IMG/VR virus record: IMGVR_UViG_3300045988_125549 | Coordinates: 1 to 56,646 of that record | Direction: 5' to 3' (one strand) | Source: a virus | DNA length: 56,646 nucleotides | Shown: positions 51,727 through 56,646 of the stretch, piece by piece | How the letters are laid out: every line of letters begins with the position of its first letter | Position numbering within the stretch: the stretch's first letter is position 1 | Notes under the pieces: model-generated | What the model saw: the letters and a program-made list of their open reading frames with translations, nothing else | Databases searched by the model: none | What the model was told of the DNA's origin: nothing | Translations under genes and position numbers: made by a program

Positions 51727-51759
51727 GTGATTTTTTTAAATTTTATTTAAAAAAATTGA

Positions 51760-51789
51760 TAAAAAATAAGCCCGAATTAATCGGGCTTA
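51760..51789 (-). terminator. Rho-independent terminator
   Basis: The same aagcccga/tcgggctt hairpin plus T-run as at 50241-50270. Confidence 0.75.
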
Positions 51790-51859
51790 ATATAAGACTT
51801 ATCATGATTCATTATCTCCTTTATCAACGTGTTCTGTGTGTTATCGCTTCACATTGATT

Positions 51860-52111
51860 TTATATTCTAAACATATCAACGTGGCTATTACAAAATGTTG
51901 ATGTTTCTCCGTTCTCTAATGTTATAATCAAATACTCGTTGTACTCATCTCTGCTGTACTCGTCTGTCTCAAGTCCTATCTCTGTGGCTCTATCTCCTGT
52001 TACAACTTCATATCCTCTTATGTTGTTGTACTTAACATCTGCCACTTTCTCACTAGTTGCTTCATACTTAACTCCGTTGTAAACCTTAACTTTAACATTC
52101 ATCATATTCAT
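51860..52111 (-). CDS. Hypothetical protein (83 aa)
   Basis: Monocistronic between promoter 52156-52184 and terminator 51760-51789. Confidence 0.55.
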   Translation of the reverse strand: MNMMNVKVKVYNGVKYEATSEKVADVKYNNIRGYEVVTGDRATEIGLETDEYSRDEYNEYLIITLENGETSTFCNSHVDMFRI

Positions 52112-52155
52112 TACCTTTTACCTTTCTGTATGTTGTTTTCTTAACTTGTAACTTT

Positions 52156-52184
52156 ATTGTAATACATAAAAAGATAAATGTCAA
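52156..52184 (-). promoter_or_regulatory. Consensus sigma-70/SigA promoter (-35 TTGACA, 17 nt, -10 TACAAT)
   Basis: The minus strand reads TTGACATTTATCTTTTTATGTATTACAAT, identical to 18304-18332. Confidence 0.7.
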
Positions 52185-52316
52185 GCACTTTTTCAAAAAA
52201 ATTATTTACTTTTTTCTTTATCTTCTTCTTTCTTATTATATACACGATATCTGTATCACGTTTCCCCAAAATAGGATATCCAGCGTCAGTATATTGTACT
52301 AACGCTATTATAGATA

Positions 52317-53336
52317 TTAGTTCTCATTCTCTAGCCTTTCTATGTGTTCCATCATAGTATCAAATACTGTTGAATGTTCTCTTAAGAAATCAACCAATTT
52401 CGGCTTTCCTTGAAACTTATCAATTAATTCTCCGGTATCTATATCAATTAGACTGAACCACGCTCCTGCTTGATTTACAATTCCGAGTTTAATTGCGACA
52501 TCAACTGCGTCTGATAAATAGTCTATACCCTCAAGATATTTCAAAGTATAAAATCCCACTTTTCTATCTGACCTACACACTTTAGATTTTACCAATGCTA
52601 CATTGACTATATTTCCTGCGGGGTTCTCGCAAGCTCTTGAAAGATTATTGCCTTTGTCATCAATATAATTACCCTTGCGAAACTCTAATCTTGTACTACA
52701 AGCGTGTCTCCATGCTCTTCCACCTGTTGTGGTGGTTCCACCATACATACTATTCATATCATCACGAACTTGATTTATCCCTATAAAAGTAGTCTGTGTT
52801 CTTGCAAGAACTGGGGTTATTTTTTTGCTAAATTCAGTGAGTGCCATACTTACCCCGCCATATGTTCTTTCACCTATTTGCTTCTCGTTTGCCTGCGTTG
52901 ATACCATAGCACCGATACTATCCAGTATACACACACTTATTTCTCCGCTATCTATGATTTCTATAATCATATTAAATACTTCTTCAGCTCCCATACTGTC
53001 AGGGTCAAGATAGAGTATATCATCACAATTCAATCTCAGTTTTGTAGCCCACACCGGGTCGAATGTATGCTCAATATCAACGAACAATACCTTTTTGTCC
53101 GGAAACATTCTTTGCGCGCACCCGGCAACATCTATGGCAGTCGTTGTTTTTCCACTACCGTCTGTGCCATAAAATTCTGCTATTCTTCCAATAGGTATAC
53201 CACCGTATGTCATATAATTAAGTCTACAAGATGAAAATGGAATTTTCTGTACTTCTTGAAAGTCAACACCAAGAGATATATTTCCCACTTTCATTTTCTT
53301 ATTCAAGTCTTTTATAACTGCTTCAAGATTACTCAT
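52317..53336 (-). CDS. recA: RecA-family recombinase
   Basis: GGIPIGRIAEFYGTDGSGKTTTAID (Walker A context), VCILDSIGAM (Walker B), 339 aa. Confidence 0.8.
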   Translation of the reverse strand: MSNLEAVIKDLNKKMKVGNISLGVDFQEVQKIPFSSCRLNYMTYGGIPIGRIAEFYGTDGSGKTTTAIDVAGCAQRMFPDKKVLFVDIEHTFDPVWATKLRLNCDDILYLDPDSMGAEEVFNMIIEIIDSGEISVCILDSIGAMVSTQANEKQIGERTYGGVSMALTEFSKKITPVLARTQTTFIGINQVRDDMNSMYGGTTTTGGRAWRHACSTRLEFRKGNYIDDKGNNLSRACENPAGNIVNVALVKSKVCRSDRKVGFYTLKYLEGIDYLSDAVDVAIKLGIVNQAGAWFSLIDIDTGELIDKFQGKPKLVDFLREHSTVFDTMMEHIERLENEN

Positions 53337-53548
53337 TTACATTTCCTCCTGTCTCTACTATCTTGAGTGCGTCCGCAAGTCCAACTATAAGAACGGTTCC
53401 GAGAAGATGTTCTCACAGTCTTATCCACGTTATGGGCGGTTGGTAAATTCATTATTTTATCAAATACATCTTTTTCAAAAAGTGTTTCATCTAAGTTGCA
53501 TTCTTTAAGGATTTGTATAACATCATTTCTGCTTATTAAATCACTCAT
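53333..53548 (-). CDS. Hypothetical protein (71 aa)
   Basis: The start was moved to MSDLISRND (AGGTGG RBS). Confidence 0.45.
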   Translation of the reverse strand: MSDLISRNDVIQILKECNLDETLFEKDVFDKIMNLPTAHNVDKTVRTSSRNRSYSWTCGRTQDSRDRRKCK

Positions 53549-53837
53549 TCTTACCACCTGCCTTTACTATCCCGATTGCGTCCTCTAAACATATAAAATG
53601 TCGTGTAGTACCATGTGCCTGAATGTCAAGCATTGTATCAGCCAAATCAAGATTATACTTTTTGGCGTTGTTCAACTGTTCCACAACCTTATCTACGTCA
53701 TATGCTGTTTTTATAAATGGTAATGCCTCGTGCCACCTGCCGTCATTCCCTGCAACTAATAATATATGGTCATCTCCTATGGCTGTTACTTTTTGATTTA
53801 TAAATTTCTCAATGTCTGCTACATCAACTAATCTCAT
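53541..53837 (-). CDS. Hypothetical protein (98 aa)
   Basis: ORF-track entry in operon context. Confidence 0.5.
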   Translation of the reverse strand: MRLVDVADIEKFINQKVTAIGDDHILLVAGNDGRWHEALPFIKTAYDVDKVVEQLNNAKKYNLDLADTMLDIQAHGTTRHFICLEDAIGIVKAGGKNE

Positions 53838-54109
53838 TATTCATTCCTCCAATCAATATGCTGTCCACAGTGTGGACAATATTCATAGTTATCATACTCA
53901 ACCTTGTAACTCTGACAACAACAGGGGCAAAACCAAGTATCATTATATACAAGCTGTCCTTTCGAGCAGTTGTTTCTTTTATAGATTGGGGATTTAGGTA
54001 TTTGCTTTTCAAGTGCCACCTTTGCTATTTCAATCGCTCCCATAACATCACTTGTATTTGTTAGGAAATTTGTACTTTCGATAATCCTAATCGCTCTATA
54101 TTCTGTCAT
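53837..54109 (-). CDS. Zinc-ribbon protein (90 aa), hypothetical
   Basis: CPCCC...CPHCG. Confidence 0.5.
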   Translation of the reverse strand: MTEYRAIRIIESTNFLTNTSDVMGAIEIAKVALEKQIPKSPIYKRNNCSKGQLVYNDTWFCPCCCQSYKVEYDNYEYCPHCGQHIDWRNE

Positions 54110-54111
54110 AT

Positions 54112-54666
54112 TTATTCCTCACTTTCACTATGATTTATATACCTGCTATTTGACAATTCCATTTCTGTAATTCTTTTATTCATTACTTTTTTAAGGCTGT
54201 TAAGCATTTCATACCCGGCATCCATTCGCAATTTCACTTTCTTATAAGCTCTTGAATATATAGCAAGTGTCATTGTTTCTGCTTGTGTCGTTAGTTCTGC
54301 TTGTGCCGTTTTATCTGCAACTGTCTTTCCGGTTGCTTGTTCTCTTGCTTTTGAATATACTTCTTGTCTAATAGCTTTGCAAATATCTTCTTTAATACCT
54401 AAATCTTCCTGTGCAGAACTTGTAAAATAAAGAATATTTGCTAAATCCAATATAGATGTTTCCAAAAATTCATCGGTAACATTGTTCGCTTTTATAAATG
54501 CTTGTATGTTTAGCATTAAGACATTTAAGTCTTTACAGTATCTACGAACCAAATTATCTGATAATTCCATGATTGTATCGCTTATATTATTCACATTTTT
54601 CATTATAGATTCAGCGGTTTTTTGCTGTTCGTCATTTACTTTTGTTCCTTCTCTACGACTTGTCAT
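54112..54666 (-). CDS. Hypothetical helical protein (184 aa)
   Basis: ORF-track entry. No motif recognised. Confidence 0.55.
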   Translation of the reverse strand: MTSRREGTKVNDEQQKTAESIMKNVNNISDTIMELSDNLVRRYCKDLNVLMLNIQAFIKANNVTDEFLETSILDLANILYFTSSAQEDLGIKEDICKAIRQEVYSKAREQATGKTVADKTAQAELTTQAETMTLAIYSRAYKKVKLRMDAGYEMLNSLKKVMNKRITEMELSNSRYINHSESEE

Positions 54667-54682
54667 TTACTATCACCATCCT

Positions 54683-54862
54683 TTATACCGGTTTTTCATC
54701 TGAAAAATAATTACAATCTATTCGTGCTATTGAAAACGGTAACTCTTTATTGAATGAGCTTAAGACAACATTTATTTCATTTACAATCTTAAGCATACTA
54801 TCAGCATATTTACAAACATATTTCTTTTCACAATTTGCACATCTAATATTTAACTTATCCAT
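54683..54862 (-). CDS. Hypothetical Cys-containing protein (59 aa)
   Basis: The start was moved to MDKLNIRCANC (GGAGG RBS). Confidence 0.45.
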   Translation of the reverse strand: MDKLNIRCANCEKKYVCKYADSMLKIVNEINVVLSSFNKELPFSIARIDCNYFSDEKPV

Positions 54863-55304
54863 TATAATGCCTCCTTCCATACTCTGCAATCAACAGTGCC
54901 TCCGCCATTCCGTCATGGTCTTTCTTGCACCTTTCAGTTGCTTTTAAATTAACATCTGGAAATAATCTCTTGCATACTTCAATAGATGTATTTTTATCTG
55001 ACGTACAAGAAAACTCTTTTTTCCACTTCTGCGGGGTAACAAGTTCATAAGGAATGCAGTATGCTTTTAATACTCCTTGAATGAAACCAAAATTCATACC
55101 GAAATTAAATGTACTTGATACTCCCTGCTTCGGCATTGCGTGAACGTGTTCAAGATAACATATTTTATCTACACATTTACTTGCTTGCTTTAATACTTCC
55201 AATATAGCATCTTCGGAATATACAAAACTATCAATAAAATCACTTGTATTTGATAATAGTGCAATACCACCATTCTTTCCTGGGTCAATTCCTATATATA
55301 TCAT
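54855..55304 (-). CDS. ruvC: RuvC-like Holliday junction resolvase
   Basis: The N-terminal IYIGIDPGKNGGIALL is the RuvC/RNase H-fold motif, with a C-terminal DHDGMAEALLIA acidic motif. Confidence 0.65.
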   Translation of the reverse strand: MIYIGIDPGKNGGIALLSNTSDFIDSFVYSEDAILEVLKQASKCVDKICYLEHVHAMPKQGVSSTFNFGMNFGFIQGVLKAYCIPYELVTPQKWKKEFSCTSDKNTSIEVCKRLFPDVNLKATERCKKDHDGMAEALLIAEYGRRHYNG

Positions 55305-55599
55305 TTACTATCAACCTCACTCTCACTTTGTACTCTGCATTTCCATTATTCATTTCGACTTTTTCCATAGGTAATCCTCTTCTCATAAGTTCTTCGGCTA
55401 AACTGTTTGCTAAAATACCTTTAATCCATGATTCCTGTACAATACCTTTATTCCATTTATCCACAGCATAAGAGGCACTAATAGTAGAAACTGAAATAGG
55501 CTGTTCAATAATTTTAAGCGGTTGAAATTTTAATTTATCAATTTCTTTTTGTAACTCTTCTATTTTCTTATCTTTTCTAGTCTTAATACCAAATATCAT
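55285..55599 (-). CDS. Hypothetical protein (104 aa)
   Basis: The start was moved to MIFGIKT, 9 nt after AGGAGG. Confidence 0.5.
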   Translation of the reverse strand: MIFGIKTRKDKKIEELQKEIDKLKFQPLKIIEQPISVSTISASYAVDKWNKGIVQESWIKGILANSLAEELMRRGLPMEKVEMNNGNAEYKVRVRLIVNDIYRN

Positions 55600-55603
55600 A
55601 TCA

Positions 55604-55882
55604 TTATTCCTCCTGATTCCATTCAAATACGGCATTATAATCGCCCTCAAAATACTTATAAACACACTGTACACAAATCAGCTTATGTCCCTCATTTGAT
55701 ACAGAACATTCCAGATTAACTTTTCTACCACATAAGACACAAGTATGTCTAGGGTCACCAGAATTGCATATATCATATTTCTTGAATAGTTCTATGTTTT
55801 TCTTGTTAGCAACTTCATTCATTGCTGGCAAATTTGTAAATAACTTATAAAATGGTGTTCCGTTAAATGTTATTTTTCTCAT
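55604..55882 (-). CDS. Zinc-ribbon protein (92 aa), hypothetical
   Basis: CVLCGR...CVQC. Confidence 0.5.
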   Translation of the reverse strand: MRKITFNGTPFYKLFTNLPAMNEVANKKNIELFKKYDICNSGDPRHTCVLCGRKVNLECSVSNEGHKLICVQCVYKYFEGDYNAVFEWNQEE

Positions 55883-55900
55883 TTTTTATTCTCCTTTTCC

Positions 55901-56092
55901 TTATTTTCTTGGCAATTTTTTATCCATAATCTTTCCGGTAACCTGCCAAAAATATGATTGTATGTCATTATGTTTTTGACGTTCATCTTGTAAATCTGAA
56001 CAATTTTTCCTAAATTTTAGATATGATTCGCAAGTCGAATAACATTTTAAAGTTCTGTCAGCACAATTATAACAAGGCGATTTATTAGGCAT
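55901..56092 (-). CDS. Cys-rich small protein (63 aa), hypothetical
   Basis: CYNCADRTLKCYSTC...C. Confidence 0.5.
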   Translation of the reverse strand: MPNKSPCYNCADRTLKCYSTCESYLKFRKNCSDLQDERQKHNDIQSYFWQVTGKIMDKKLPRK

Positions 56093-56104
56093 TATTGTTC
56101 CTCC

Positions 56105-56646
56105 TTATTTGCTAAAATAATGGTCTTGTACCTTAAATAACGGTGTACCGAATGTATGATAATGTAATGTTCTGAAATATAATACTTCTGAATTGTATCT
56201 ATTTTCTAATTCTTCCCATATTATATCATAAATTCGTTGTGTAGGTACTATTGTATTTATTGAACCATTTTCAACAACTTCAAACTGCCCGGCTTGATTT
56301 ATTATGTCATATATGTTATCGGGGAATGTATCATTATCAAGTCGATTTAATATACAATCAACAACTAATCTAACACCGGTATCACACTGATTTCCTGCTT
56401 CCGCCATAACACATTGCGCCATATAATCAATGTACCAATTACATCCCATAGTATTTTCAACACATTCTGTTGTAGGTTCTTCCTTTGTTGGTTCAAGGGA
56501 TGTATTATATGTTTCCAACTTCTTAATTTTCTCAACCTGAATATCTTCAATTTCCGGCACATATACATTAATATTTGAAGTGTATGTTGTTGGTGTAGAT
56601 ACGTTATCCTCATCTATATGTATTCTCTGTCTTATTGTAAATACTA
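56105..56646 (-). CDS. SleB-like cell-wall hydrolase (Hydrolase_2 domain); 3' part of the junction-spanning gene
   Basis: CVMAEAGNQCDTGVRLVVDCILNRLDNDTFPDNIYDIINQAGQFEVV matches the SleB/CwlJ signature. The track start at 56560 is GTG, and the frame is open upstream to the window end and continues at 1-203. Confidence 0.65.
   Translation of the reverse strand, partial: VFTIRQRIHIDEDNVSTPTTYTSNINVYVPEIEDIQVEKIKKLETYNTSLEPTKEEPTTECVENTMGCNWYIDYMAQCVMAEAGNQCDTGVRLVVDCILNRLDNDTFPDNIYDIINQAGQFEVVENGSINTIVPTQRIYDIIWEELENRYNSEVLYFRTLHYHTFGTPLFKVQDHYFSK
56592..56646. repeat. Second copy of the 55-bp terminal repeat
   Basis: Identical to 1-55. Confidence 0.95.

Overview
The window is an essentially complete, circularly closed tailed-phage genome with siphovirus-like gene order. 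Bases 1-55 repeat exactly at 56592-56646, so the unique length is 56,591 bp. The DNA is AT-rich and uses Firmicutes-style signals: AAGGAGG ribosome-binding sites, TTGACA-17-TACAAT promoters and hairpin plus T-run terminators. Every convincing gene except one lies on the minus strand.

In transcription order (high to low coordinates) the genome contains:
- An early region of small unknown genes with RecA-like and RuvC-like proteins (about 56.5-49.7 kb).
- A packaging, head, tail and lysis module (49.6-30.1 kb): TerS, TerL, an HEXXH protein, portal, minor head protein, scaffold, capsid, connectors, tail tube, chaperones, tape measure, tail tip/fibre, an NlpC/P60-type endolysin and a holin.
- A small sigma-region-4-like regulator and a terminator-bounded accessory island of unknown Gly/Cys-rich proteins (30.0-26.9 kb).
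- A replication and recombination region (26.8-0.9 kb): SNF2 helicase, a replisome organizer with internal iterons, DnaC-like loader, DnaB-like helicase, primase, Cas4-like nuclease, an RNA island with tRNA-Gln, an SSB-like protein, a family A polymerase, DpdA, a GuaD-type deaminase, QueC/QueD/QueE/FolE, a beta clamp and three clamp-loader subunits.
- A MazF-like gene and a membrane-anchored SleB-like hydrolase whose gene spans the linearisation point.

I could not recognise an integrase, repressor or cas gene, so the phage looks virulent; this is an inference.

The most interesting items are:
- A complete preQ0 pathway plus DpdA, which predicts 7-deazaguanine DNA modification, with an embedded guanine-deaminase homologue.
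- A 570-bp RNA island with one normal tRNA and two aberrant tRNA-like elements.
- Nine DnaA-box-like repeats between divergent promoters in the middle of the head module, next to the only plus-strand gene.
- An accessory island of orphan proteins.
- A GC-rich repeat element sitting in frame between a membrane protein gene and an HTH protein gene.
- Two paralogous early cassettes, one headed by a MazF-fold toxin.

All functional calls come from reading motifs by eye. No database search was run.
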